Positions 40,479 to 55,218 of a DNA stretch of 64,000 nucleotides are shown here, piece by piece. A model generated the notes under the pieces. The model was not told the DNA's origin and did not search any database. It worked only from the letters and a program-made list of their open reading frames with translations. Positions within the stretch are counted from its first letter, which is position 1, and each line of letters starts with the position of its first letter. Made by a program: the position numbers and the translations under genes. The stretch lies in the NCBI GenBank assembly GCA_963850725.1, contig CAWKMQ010000022.1, forward strand, positions 128,347 through 192,346, written 5' to 3'. This DNA is from Vicinamibacterales bacterium. GTDB lineage: Bacteria; Acidobacteriota; Vicinamibacteria; Vicinamibacterales; JAMQPK01.

Positions 40479-41677
40479 GGTTCCTTTGCCGGCGCGATCC
40501 GATCTTCGACAAAGGTGTTCCATTCGTGGCAGTGGGGACATTGCCAGAGCAGCTCGGTGCTGCGATAGCGGCAACGCATGCAGATATGCGGGTCCATGTA
40601 GAAGACCGCGTGTTTGGTGAGATCGACGTAACGCTGGACCAGCGAGCTTTCGAAGTCGAGACGCGCGAGCACCTGCCAGATGGCCTGATGCAGCGTCAGG
40701 GCGTGAGGATTGTGGACCAGCGCCTCGAAGAGCAGTTCCAGAGAACGGCCGGCGTCGCCGCGCGCTTCGACGTGTTTCGCCAGCGCCAGCCGGGCGCGCC
40801 AGTCCTGCGCGTTCGCGGCAATCAGCTTGCCGAGCAGCTGGGCGAACCGTTCGGGCGTGCCCATCTTCTCGTAGGCGAGCGAGAGACGATCGAACGTGAG
40901 GTAGGCGCGCTCGGGCGCCTTGCCGATCACTTCCTCCCAGATGCCCGTCGGCCTGCGCCATGCGCTCCTCGCGCGCGTGGATGTCGCCGAGATTCAGATA
41001 CGCGGGAACACCGCGGGATCGAGATCGATCGCCGACTGAAAGCGCGCCGTGGCGCCCGCATAATCACCCCTGGCTACCGCCTGCAGACCGAGCTCGTTTT
41101 CGAGAAACGCGAGGATCGCCTGGCTGCGGCCGTCCTCGGCGCCGGCCTGGTTGCCGATAGAGCGCCGCACTTCGTATGCTTCCTGCCACTGATGCTGATC
41201 CTCGTGGAGTTTCTCGATATTGAGCAGCGCGTACTGGTTCTTCGGATCGAGCTTGATGACCTCGTTGAACGCCTCGAGCGCGCGATCGACGAAGCCGCCA
41301 CGCTTGAAGTCGAGACCGAGGCACAGCAGCACGTGCGCATGCTCGAGGCGCGTCAACCGGGGCCGCTGCAGGAGGCTCTGGTGAATGTTGATGGCCCTGG
41401 CCACCTGCCCCTTCTCGCGATACAGGCTGCCGAGCAGGAGGTGGATTTCCAGCGCATCGCCGAGATTTTCGGCGGCCTTGCTCAGCTCCTCGATGGCGAG
41501 ATCGATCTGATTGGTGACGAGGAAATTCAGGCCGACGATGTAGTGCAGCGATTCGGGCACGCGGCGGCGATCGATCAGCCGACCCGACCGCAGCTTGTAG
41601 CGCTCCCACGCTTTCCCGACCGTCAGCCCGATGAGCAGCGCGACGAGTGCGGCGAGGAAGGGATAGTAGGCGCTCAA
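40460..41677 (-). CDS. lapB: LPS assembly protein LapB/YciM-like (TM + TPR + C-terminal rubredoxin-type zinc site), with about 2 apparent frameshifts and a TTG start
   Basis: The N-terminal TM helix and TPRs are at the tail of ORF 40994..42370 (YYPFLAALVALLIGL, LLLGSLYREKGQVARAINIH). The C-terminus is in ORF 40460..40930, with CMRCRYRSTELLWQCPHCHEWNTF. Frame switches lie near 41000 and 40940. Confidence 0.75.
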
Positions 41678-42659
41678 AACAACTCTGTCCGCCAGAGGTC
41701 GTGGAGATGGATCACGCCCGCGACCGTCTGGTCGTGGCCCGCGACGACGAGCGACGTAATCTTGCGCTGCTCCATGATGAGCAGCGCCTGCGCCGCAAGC
41801 GTCGAGGGATCGATCACAATCGGCCGGCGTCGTCATGACGTCGCCGGCAGTCTTCTCGAGCAGCCCGCTGTTGCCGACCATGTAGCGTCGAAGATCGCCG
41901 TCAGTGATGATGCCCACCAGTTGGGCGGTCTCGTTGACGACGCACGTCATGCCGAGGCCTTTGCTCGACATCTGCGAGAGGACGTCCCGCATCGGCGTGT
42001 CCGCCGTGACGATCGGGGCGTCCGCGCCCTGCTGCATCAGCTGATCGACACGCATCAGCTTCTTGCCGAGCTTGCCGCCGGGATGGATCTTGGCGAAGTC
42101 CTCCTCGCGGAATCCCTTTTCGACGAGGAGCGTCATGCAGAGCGCATCGCCCATCGCGAGCGCGGCGGTCGTGCTGGCGGTCGGCACCAGATTCAGCGGG
42201 CAGGCTTCCTCCGAGACCTGGCAGTCGATGGACGACATCGGCCGACTGGGCGAGCGTGGAAGCCGGATTGCCGGTGATGGCCACGATGCGCGCGCCGATC
42301 CGCCGGATCGCTTCGAGCAGCCGCAGCACTTCCTGCGTTTCGCCGCTGTGCGAGATCGCCAGCAGCACATCCTCCGGCTGGATGACCCCGAGATCGCCGT
42401 GCGTCGCTTCGGCTGGATGCAGGAAGAATGCGGACGTGCCCGTGCTGGCCAGCGTGGCCGCGATTTTGCGGCAGATGATGCCCGACTTGCCCATCCCCGT
42501 GACGATGACGCGGCCCTGACACTCGTAGAGCATCTTGACGGCGCGATCGAAGTTCTCGTCGAGCCGATGGATGAGCGCCGTGATGGCCGCGGCCTCGGTC
42601 TGGAGAACCTTGCGCGCGAGGGCGCGATCGGTTTTCGTTGGTGTCCGTGGTATGGCCAT
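41674..42659 (-). CDS. kdsD: Arabinose-5-phosphate isomerase (SIS + 2 CBS domains), with about 2 apparent frameshifts
   Basis: ORF 41901..42659 carries RVIVTGMGKSG and ISHSGET. The middle part of ORF 40994..42370 carries CPLNLVPTASTTAALAMGDAL, IHPGGKLG and the CBS region. The end, LWRTELF*, overlaps the lapB start. Confidence 0.8.
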
Positions 42660-42676
42660 GTCGGGTCCCGACCTTC

Positions 42677-43520
42677 TTATCGGACGACGCCGGCTTCGCG
42701 TCTAACCGAGTCGAGTCGCAGCAGATGGCGCAACAGCGGCTCGAGGCGTTCGAGCGGCAGCGCGTTCTGTCCGTCACTTTTGGCCCGCGGCCGGGTTGTC
42801 GTGCACCTCGACGAACAACCCGTCGATGCCGGCGGCCACCGCCGCCGAGGCGAGCGGCTCGATGTACTCCGCCTGGCCGGCCGTCACCCCGTCCCCGCCC
42901 CCGGGCAGCTGCAGACTGTGGGTCGCATCATAAACCACTGGATAGCCGAGCGATCGCAGGATCGGGAAGGCGCGCATGTCGACGACCAGGTTGTTGTAGC
43001 CGAAACTGAATCCCCGCTCGGTGATGAACACCTGCGAATTCCCCGAATCGACGACTTTGGCGATCGCGTGCTTCATGTCGGCCGGAGCCAGGAATTGCCC
43101 CTTCTTGATATTGATGGCCCGGCCCGTTCGTGCGGCCGCGACGATCAGATCGGTCTGACGGGAGAGAAACGCCGGAATCTGCAGCACGTCGGCGACCTCG
43201 GCCACCGGCGCCGCCTGACTGGCATCGTGGATGTCGGTCAGGACCGGAACGCCGAAGCGCGCCTTGATGCCGGCGAGCACCGCGAGCCCTTCCTGCAAGC
43301 CGGGGCCGCGAAACGACTTGAGCGACGTGCGGTTCGCCTTGTCGTACGACGCCTTGAAGATGAACGGCAGCGCCGCAGCGCGACGTGATCTTGACGAGCG
43401 ATTCGGCGATCATCGCCGCGTGATCGGGGCTCTCGATGACGCACGGGCCGGCAATCAACGCCAGGGGCGCGCCCGAGCCGAGGACCACACTTCCCGCAGC
43501 GACACGTCTGGTGTCGGGCA

Positions 43521-43521
<1 letters not shown>
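42677..43521 (-). CDS. kdsA: 2-dehydro-3-deoxyphosphooctonate aldolase (KDO-8-P synthase), with about 2 apparent frameshifts
   Basis: IAGPCVIES is in ORF 42928..43521. [40 protein letters not shown] and [10 protein letters not shown] are in ORF 42774..43298. The C-terminal tail is in a third frame. Confidence 0.85.
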
Positions 43522-45183
<1,662 letters not shown>

Positions 45184-45206
45184 TCAGGGTCTCCTTTTCG
45201 CGACTT

Positions 45207-46004
45207 CTACACGCGCGCGTCGGCCGTCAACAGCCGGCGCACGCGTTCCAGATCTTCGTGAGTATCGACGCCAATCGAGTCGTGCGTGGTCTCGACCATC
45301 CTGATGGAAAATCCGTGCTCGAGCGTGCGCAGTTGCTCGAGCGCTTCGGCGCGCTCGAGCGGCGTTGGCTCGAGGGAAGCAATCTTGAGCAGAAATTCAC
45401 GCCGCTGGACGTACAGACCGATATGTTTCAGTGGAACCGGCGCATCGGACCGGCCGGTCGTGTCGCGGACGTGCGGAATGGGTGCGCGGGAAAAGTACAG
45501 CGCATCACCGAGTCGGTTGGTCACGACCTTGACGATATGCGGATCGCGCACGTCGTCGGCCGCGCCGAAACGCCGGCAGAGCGAGGTCATGTTCAGCGCC
45601 GCGTCGTGGCGAAACGGTTCGATGGCTTCGTCGATGGCGGCCGGCTCGATGAGCGGTTCGTCGCCCTGCAGATTGACGACCAGGTCGCAGTCCAGCGCTT
45701 CGGCAACTTCGGCGATTCGATCGGTGCCGGTTGCGTGCGTCGATTTCGTCAGACGCACATCGCCGCCAAATTTTGTCACCGCGTCGGCAATTCGCTGGTC
45801 ATCGGTGGCCACCAGCACGGCGTCGACATTGCGCGCCGCAGCGGCGCGCCGATAGACGTGCTCGATCATCGGCCGCCCCGCGATGTCGGCGAGCGCCTTT
45901 CCCGGAAAACGGGTGGACGCGTAGCGGGCAGGGATGACAGCGACAGTATGTTTATGGTTTTGGGAACGATCGCGGATGCTTTCGGAGCAACCTGCGGGCC
46001 GCAC
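45207..46004 (-). CDS. kdsB: 3-deoxy-manno-octulosonate cytidylyltransferase (CMP-KDO synthetase)
   Basis: Intact ORF with [37 protein letters not shown] and IGLY. Confidence 0.88.
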   Translation of the reverse strand: MRPAGCSESIRDRSQNHKHTVAVIPARYASTRFPGKALADIAGRPMIEHVYRRAAAARNVDAVLVATDDQRIADAVTKFGGDVRLTKSTHATGTDRIAEVAEALDCDLVVNLQGDEPLIEPAAIDEAIEPFRHDAALNMTSLCRRFGAADDVRDPHIVKVVTNRLGDALYFSRAPIPHVRDTTGRSDAPVPLKHIGLYVQRREFLLKIASLEPTPLERAEALEQLRTLEHGFSIRMVETTHDSIGVDTHEDLERVRRLLTADARV

Positions 46005-46076
46005 GGTGAATAGTACACAGGTTTGCCGGCATTTTCGCTGCGATCGCGTCAGCGGAAGTGCTAGGATGATCAGGTC

Positions 46077-46604
46077 GTGTTGACGACTCGGAGCACGTTG
46101 AATGCACTCTGGGTTGGCGGGGGCGGTGTCCTCGCCACGTGGCTCGCCGTGTCACCAAATCCAGGTCCACCGGCTGCCGCGCAGCAGTTCTCCGTGCCGA
46201 GTACCACGACCAGGACAGAATCGTCGGCCGAAGGGTTGAACGCGCAGGCCGATCGACTTCGCGAGCGCACGGCCGCCGTCAGCTTGCGGGCGTCGACGCG
46301 CAATCCATTTCAATTCAATTCGACACGCACGCGCTCGAACGTCGGGACAGCGCGCGAGCAGGCTGCAGAGCCCATGGCGCTCGCGTCGCCGGTGCCAGTC
46401 GCACCGCCTGCTCCTGTCATCACGCTGGCAGGCATCGCGCAGACGGCGGGCAAGCGCACCGCAATTATCACGATCGCGGGGCAGTTGTATCTGGTGCGCG
46501 AGGGCGATTCACTGGCCGGCCGCTATACGGTCGTCAAAATCGATCCGGAGAACGTTCTGGTCCGCGACAGCGACGGCGCCGAGCAGCGCCTCGTCCTTCC
46601 GTAG
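46077..46604 (+). CDS. Hypothetical TM-anchored protein with PilP/GspC-like architecture
   Basis: Intact ORF with an N-terminal TM helix, an RNPFQF motif, a Pro-rich linker and a C-terminal beta domain ([46 protein letters not shown]). Confidence 0.5.
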   Translation: MLTTRSTLNALWVGGGGVLATWLAVSPNPGPPAAAQQFSVPSTTTRTESSAEGLNAQADRLRERTAAVSLRASTRNPFQFNSTRTRSNVGTAREQAAEPMALASPVPVAPPAPVITLAGIAQTAGKRTAIITIAGQLYLVREGDSLAGRYTVVKIDPENVLVRDSDGAEQRLVLP

Positions 46605-46651
46605 TCGGCCTCAAGCCACAGAATCAGACAGCCCGAGCGGATACTGTACGA

Positions 46652-48343
46652 TCAGTGATCCGGCCTTAGCCGGACCGGAATTCGGATACAACGAGTTCCG
46701 TTGTGGAACAGGGCTTCAGCCCTGTCCCACGCGTCGAGCCGCACGCGCCACACGCTGATGATGTTGGGGATCTTCTGAATCTCGGCGAGCACCTGGTCGG
46801 TGACCGTGGCGGCAGGCCCGTTGTCCGGATGCTCGTCCACCTTGACGACGCCGATCGCGCAGTTGACCAGGCACTCGGGATCGCGCCCGAGCGCGAAGTT
46901 GGCGATGTTGACGCCGTGGCGGCCGAGCAGCGTGCCGACATCGCCGATGACGCCGGGCTGATCGTTGTTCCTGATGATGAGCAGCGTCCCTTCGAGTGGT
47001 GATTCGACGCCGACGCCGTCGACCAGCACCAGGCGCAGGCTGCCATTGGCGAAGACCGTCCCTTCCACCCAGCGCTCGCCGTCGCTCGTGTGCAGCTTCA
47101 CAGAAATGAGGCTCGTGTAGTTGCGCGCGCGTGTGCTGCGCGATTCGACCAGCTCGATGCCGCGCTCGGCCGCAATCGTGCGCGCGTTCACGGGCGTCAC
47201 GCCGCCCGATGAGAGGATCGCGGACAGCACGCCCTCGAGCACCGCGCTGCCGAGCAGTTGATTGTCCTCGGCCGCCAGCTCGCCGTAATAACGCACGCCG
47301 ATCGCATTGATTCGCGCCTGACCCATCTGGGCGACGACCGAGCCGAGCGATCGCGCGAGCATGAGATACGGCCGCAGCCGCTTGTACGCCTCCTGCGACA
47401 CGGAAGGGAAGTTCACGGCGTTGCGGATGATGCCCTCATTGAGAAAGTCCCGCAATGCCGCCGCGGTCTCGCTGCCGACCTGTTCCTGCGCTTCTTTGGT
47501 GGACGCCGCGATATGTGGCGTGGCCACGACCTGTGGCAGCGTGGCGAGGCGCCAATCCTGAGGCGGTTCGGGATCGAACACATCCAGGCCGGCGCCGGCC
47601 ACGTGGCCGCTTTCGATGGCATCGGCCAGGGCCGACTGATCCACCAGTTCGCCGCGCGCGGTGTTGATGATGCGCACGCCCTTCTTGCATTTCGCGAGCC
47701 GCTCCGCGTTGAAGAGATGCCTGGTCGAGGGCAGCGACGGCACGTGGAGAGAAATGTAATCCGCCCGCGCGCACAGCTCGTCGAGGGTGACGAGCTCGAC
47801 GCCGAGCGACGCGGCCATGTCGGCCGAGATGAACGGATCGTGCGCGACCACGTTCATCTCGAATGCGTGGGCGCGCGCCGCCACTTCCTGTCCGATCCGG
47901 CCGAGGCCAACCAGGCCAAGGGTCTTTGACCGAATTTCGGCGCCCGCGAACTTCGACTTCTCCCACTTCGCGTTCTTCATCGAAGCGTCGGCGGCGGGAA
48001 TGTTTCTCGCGAGCGACAGAATCAAGCCCATCGCGAGCTCGGCTACGCTCAGGCTGTTCGCGCCGGGCGCGTTCATCACGACGATGCCGCGTGCGGTGGC
48101 CGCGGGCACGTCGACGTTGTCAACTCCCGTGCCAGCCCGTGCGATGACGCGGAGCCTGGTTGCTGCTTCGATGATCTCGCGGCTGACCTTCGTCGCGCTT
48201 CGGACGATGAGCGCGTCGGCGTCCTTGAGATCCGCCATCAGCTCCGCGGCCGGCCGGCCCTGGCGGTTGTCGATGTTCCAGTCCGGCTGTCGAAGTAGGT
48301 CGATTGCAGAAGAAGGCAGGCCGTCCGCGATGACAATTTTCAT
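46652..48343 (-). CDS. serA: D-3-phosphoglycerate dehydrogenase (long form with ACT domain); the last roughly 27 codons are REP-encoded
   Basis: ORF 46652..48490 read from the internal MKIVIADGL, with GLVGLGRIGQ, NTARG, LDVF and TPH. An ACT-like domain follows (LLIIRNNDQPGVIGDVGTLLG). The tail DAWDRAEALFHNGTRCIRIPVRLRPDH* translates the two hairpin elements. Confidence 0.88.
   Translation of the reverse strand: MKIVIADGLPSSAIDLLRQPDWNIDNRQGRPAAELMADLKDADALIVRSATKVSREIIEAATRLRVIARAGTGVDNVDVPAATARGIVVMNAPGANSLSVAELAMGLILSLARNIPAADASMKNAKWEKSKFAGAEIRSKTLGLVGLGRIGQEVAARAHAFEMNVVAHDPFISADMAASLGVELVTLDELCARADYISLHVPSLPSTRHLFNAERLAKCKKGVRIINTARGELVDQSALADAIESGHVAGAGLDVFDPEPPQDWRLATLPQVVATPHIAASTKEAQEQVGSETAAALRDFLNEGIIRNAVNFPSVSQEAYKRLRPYLMLARSLGSVVAQMGQARINAIGVRYYGELAAEDNQLLGSAVLEGVLSAILSSGGVTPVNARTIAAERGIELVESRSTRARNYTSLISVKLHTSDGERWVEGTVFANGSLRLVLVDGVGVESPLEGTLLIIRNNDQPGVIGDVGTLLGRHGVNIANFALGRDPECLVNCAIGVVKVDEHPDNGPAATVTDQVLAEIQKIPNIISVWRVRLDAWDRAEALFHNGTRCIRIPVRLRPDH
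46656..46725. repeat. Two adjacent REP-like hairpins: a family 1 variant at 46656-46675 and family 2 at 46708-46725
   Basis: TGATCCGGCCTTAGCCGGAC and ACAGGGCTTCAGCCCTGT. Both lie inside the 3' extension of the serA ORF. Confidence 0.8.
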
Positions 48344-48550
48344 GAAGTGATTAAAGTATAATCCGTCGGCTTTGCGTGGCGGCGCCACAGGCGGCGGGCG
48401 AATCGCACCATGATGGTGCAATCCGCTAATTTCTTCGGATAGTCCAACGCAGAAGCGGTTTTCGTGGATCTTTTCAACAGGGTTTTCCACAATTTCTGTT
48501 GAACGGATATCAATGGCGGAAGTGAGTTGACCTAATTTTCAGGAGCTTCG

Positions 48551-49478
48551 ATGAATCGCAAGGTGACAGTGGTGGGCGGTGCGGGCAACGTAGGTGCGAC
48601 GGTCGCGCGCAGCATCGCGGAAAAGGAACTCGCCGATGTAGTGATCGTCGACATCGCCGATCAGAAAGCATCAGGCGTTGCGCTCGACATTCTCGAGACG
48701 TGTCCCATTATTGGATCCGACAGCCTCGTCATCGGCGGATCCGATTACGCGCAGAGCGCCAACTCCGACGTCGTGGTCGTCACCTCTGGCGTGCCCAGAA
48801 AACCTGGCATGAGTCGTGACGACTTATTGAATGTGAATTTCAACATCATGAAATCGGTCACCGAGCAGGTGATCAAATACTCGCCCAACTGCATCATCGT
48901 GCCAGTGGCCAATCCGCTCGACGCGATGTGTCAGGCGGTGTACAAGCTCAGCAAGTTCCCGCGCGAGCGCGTCATCGGCATGGCCGGCGTGCTCGACTCG
49001 GCCCGCATGCGCACGTTCATTGCACAGGAGTTGAAAGTGTCGGTGGAGAACGTCCATGCGTTCGTGCTGGGCGGGCACGGCGACACGATGGTGCCGCTGC
49101 CGCGCCTGTCGACCGTCGCGGGCATTCCGATCACGCAGCTTCTGTCAAAGGATCGAATCGAGGCCATCTGTAAGCGGACGGCGGACGGCGGCGCCGAAAT
49201 TACAAAATTGGTGGGCACCAGCGCGTGGTATGCGCCGGGAGAGTCCGCCGCCGAAATGGTCGAGGCGATCCTGAAGGACAAGAAAAAGATTCTGCCGTGC
49301 TCGGTGTACCTTGAAGGCGAGTACGGCGTGAAGGGGCAGTATCTCGGCGTGCCCGTGAAGCTGGGCGCGCGCGGAGTCGAACAAATCATTCAGATCAAGC
49401 TGGAGCCCGAGGAGCAGGCGGCGCTGATGAAGTCGGCCGGCGGCGGTCAAAGAACTGGTCGACGTGATAAAGATGTAA
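48551..49478 (+). CDS. mdh: Malate dehydrogenase (LDH-like family), with one apparent frameshift near the 3' end
   Basis: [39 protein letters not shown] and LGGHGD. The C-terminus [12 protein letters not shown] is in another frame. The frame switch is near 49440. AGGAG lies upstream of the ATG. Confidence 0.88.
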
Positions 49479-49481
49479 CTA

Positions 49482-49600
49482 GTTCATGGTTCGTGGGTTC
49501 GTCGGTTCGTGGGTTCGCGAGGTTCGGTCGCGAAGCGACGAATCGGCGACGAAACCTGACGAACCTGCGAACTTCACGAACCCGACGAACTCACGAACTT
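49482..49600. repeat. Mirrored oligonucleotide array: GGTTCGT-type units 6 times (period about 8), then ACGAAC-type units 7 times (period about 9)
   Basis: GTTC starts at 49482, 49489, 49497, 49505, 49513 and 49522. CGAA starts at 49540, 49550, 49560, 49568, 49577, 49586 and 49594. The array fills the gap between convergent mdh and sdhB. Confidence 0.9.
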
Positions 49601-49608
49601 AAGCCCGT

Positions 49609-50372
49609 TCAAGCCCCCCGCCCTTCCAGATCGCGCGCCTGTACTCCGCGAATCATCCGCGCGATGTTCGAAATCGGGATCAGTTTAGGGCAGACGGCTT
49701 CGCATTCGCCCTCGTTGGAGCAGTTGCCGAAGCCTTCGGCCTCCATCTGCTCGACCATCCGCACCACGCGGCGCTCGCGTTCGGGCTCTCCCTGCGGCAG
49801 CAGGGCCAGATGGCTGATTTTTGCGCTGGTGAACAGGTGCGCGGCCGCGTTCTTGCACGCCGCGACGCACGCGCCGCAGCCGATGCAGGCCGCCGCGTCC
49901 ATGGCGAGATCCGACTTGTCCTTCGGCACCGGGATCGCATTGGCATCCTGCGCGCCGCCCACACCCACCGAGATGTAGCCGCCGGCCGCGAGGATTCGAT
50001 CGAACGCCGAGCGATCGACCGTGAGATCCTTCAACACGGGGAAGCCCTTGGCCCGCCACGGCTCGATGACGATGGTCTGGCCGTCGGTGAACCGGCGCAT
50101 ATGCAGCTGGCAGGTGGTGGCGCCCGGGTCGGGTCCGTGCGCGACGCCGTTGATCATGCAGCCGCAGGCGCCGCAGATGCCCTCGCGGCAGTCCGAGTCG
50201 AAGGCGATCGTGTCTTCCCCCTTGCGGATGAGCTCTTCGTTGACGACATCGAGCATCTCGAGGAACGACATGTCGATCGAGATGTCTCTGGCGACATAGT
50301 CGACCAGGCGCCCGGGCTGATCCTTGGCCGGCTGGCGCCAGACTTTGAGGTTGACCGTGATGGCTTTGCCGC

Positions 50373-50376
<4 letters not shown>
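49609..50376 (-). CDS. sdhB: Succinate dehydrogenase/fumarate reductase iron-sulfur subunit (GTG start)
   Basis: The 2Fe-2S, 4Fe-4S and 3Fe-4S cysteine clusters are present: [21 protein letters not shown] and [12 protein letters not shown]. Confidence 0.88.
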
Positions 50377-52282
<1,906 letters not shown>

Positions 52283-52286
<4 letters not shown>

Positions 52287-52954
52287 GATCGCCCTCCCGC
52301 GAAAAATACCCAGAGCGCAATCACGATGAACCCGCCGGCGATGATGACGGCCGAGACCTTGCCGACCTTGCGTATGAGCGGCGTGAAGCGCGGGCCGCTC
52401 AGGCCCAGCGACTGAAAGGAACTGGCGACGCCGTGCCAGAGATGCAGCCCCACGAGCACCATCATCCCGATGTAGAGCGCGACGGTGATGGGCGAGCTGA
52501 AGTTCTCGAGCTCGATACGGTAGAGATCGTTGATGCCTTCGCCGACGTCGTAGTGCGCCCTCAACTTGAACTGCCATACGTGAATCGGCACGAAGATCAG
52601 GATGGCCAGCCCGGTCAGAATCATCGACGCGGAACCGAGGCTCTTTTGACTCGTCCCGCCCGCCCATGCTTTCGTGGCGTACTTCGCCGGACGCGCCTGC
52701 TGATTCTGAAAGGTCATCCGGATCGCCTTGACGAGGTGAATGAGGAAGACCAGGAGCAATCCAATTTCGATCGGAATGATGAGCGGGTTGCTCGTCAGGA
52801 AGTGCGCGTACCCGTTGTACGTCTCGCGGCCGAGGAATATCATCAGGTTGCCGATGATATGCACGATCAGATACAGGAAGAGCAGAACGCCCGTCACGCC
52901 GATGATCAGCTTCGTCGTGATCAGCGACGCCAGGACGCTCCGTCGGGTCGTCAT
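52283..52954 (-). CDS. sdhC: Succinate dehydrogenase cytochrome b subunit (b558-type, 5 TM helices)
   Basis: Read from the internal Met MTTRRSV. It has five hydrophobic helices with conserved His residues ([26 protein letters not shown]). Its ATGA overlaps sdhA. Confidence 0.75.
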
Positions 52955-53052
52955 GTCTTGAATTCTATTCGCAAGCGCCCTGTGCCGACAAACAACGGCG
53001 CGGCGCGTTGGGCGGTGCGAGAAAAGATGATACGATTCACCGTTTCCCGCAT

Positions 53053-54212
<1,160 letters not shown>

Positions 54213-54219
<7 letters not shown>

Positions 54220-54254
54220 CAACTGACGACTGAGAACTGAAGACCACCAACCGA
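54213..54254. repeat. Heptamer tandem array (A/G)ACTGA(A/C/G), 6 units of period 7
   Basis: aactgac aactgac gactgag aactgaa gaccacc aaccgac. TGA falls at 54217 (the sucC stop), 54224, 54231 and 54238. Confidence 0.9.
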
Positions 54255-54257
54255 CAC

Positions 54258-55124
54258 ATGGCGATACTCCTAGACAAGTCCACGCGGTTGATCGTTCAAG
54301 GCCTCACCGGCAAGGAAGGCACCTTTCACGCGAAGCAGGCGGCGGCGTACGGCACGCAGGTCGTCGGCGGCGTCACGCCGGGGAAGGGCGGCACGACCCA
54401 CGAAGGCTGGCCGGTTTTCAACACGGTCGCCGACGCGGTGAAAAGCACGGGCGCCAACACCTCGGTGATCTTCGTACCGGCAGCGTTTGCGGCCGACGCG
54501 GTCATGGAGGCGGCTGACGCCGGCCTGCGCCTCGTCGTGTGCATCACCGAAGGCATTCCTACACTCGACATGATGCGCACGTTCACCTACCTCAGAGAAA
54601 AGCCGACGCGCGTCGTCGGACCGAACTGTCCGGGGGCGATTTCGCCGGGCAAGGCGAAAGCCGGCATCATCCCCGGCCACATCTGCCGCGAAGGGCGCGT
54701 CGGTATCGTGTCGAAGAGCGGCACCCTCACTTATGAAGCCATTCACCAGCTCAGCCAGCTCGGCATGGGTCAGTCATCGTGCATCGGCATCGGCGGCGAC
54801 CCGCTCATCGGCACCTCGTTCGTGGATGTGCTGAAGCTGTTTCAGGACGATCCCGAAACCGACGCCGTGGTGATGATTGGCGAGATCGGCGGCACGGCCG
54901 AAGAGGAAGCCGCGCAATACATCAAGAAGTCCTTCAAGAAGCCGGTGGTGGGCTTCATCGCGGGTCAGACGGCGCCTCCCGGGCGCCGCATGGGGCATGC
55001 CGGGGCGATCATCGCCGGCGGCAAGGGCACCGCGAACGAGAAGATGGCGGCTCTGACGGCGGCCGGCGTGACGGTGGTGAAGAGCCCGGCAGACATCGGA
55101 ACTGCTGTAAAGAGCCTGCTGTAA
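54258..55124 (+). CDS. sucD: Succinyl-CoA synthetase alpha subunit
   Basis: Intact ORF with [31 protein letters not shown] and MGHAGAI. Confidence 0.92.
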   Translation: MAILLDKSTRLIVQGLTGKEGTFHAKQAAAYGTQVVGGVTPGKGGTTHEGWPVFNTVADAVKSTGANTSVIFVPAAFAADAVMEAADAGLRLVVCITEGIPTLDMMRTFTYLREKPTRVVGPNCPGAISPGKAKAGIIPGHICREGRVGIVSKSGTLTYEAIHQLSQLGMGQSSCIGIGGDPLIGTSFVDVLKLFQDDPETDAVVMIGEIGGTAEEEAAQYIKKSFKKPVVGFIAGQTAPPGRRMGHAGAIIAGGKGTANEKMAALTAAGVTVVKSPADIGTAVKSLL

Positions 55125-55218
55125 GCGGTTTGCCGCGATTTGGCGATATAATGTGTGGTTGGGGTCAGGAAATTTCCCCAATAGCCATCGCGCCGTAGCG
55201 CCACACCAAGGACCAGGC

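Noticed and set aside
55147-55152. A perfect TATAAT hexamer between sucD and korA, considered as a promoter.
   Set aside because: No acceptable -35 element occurs at 16-18 nt spacing; the TTGCCG lies only 11 nt upstream. There is no extended -10 TG either. The evidence is too weak to annotate.
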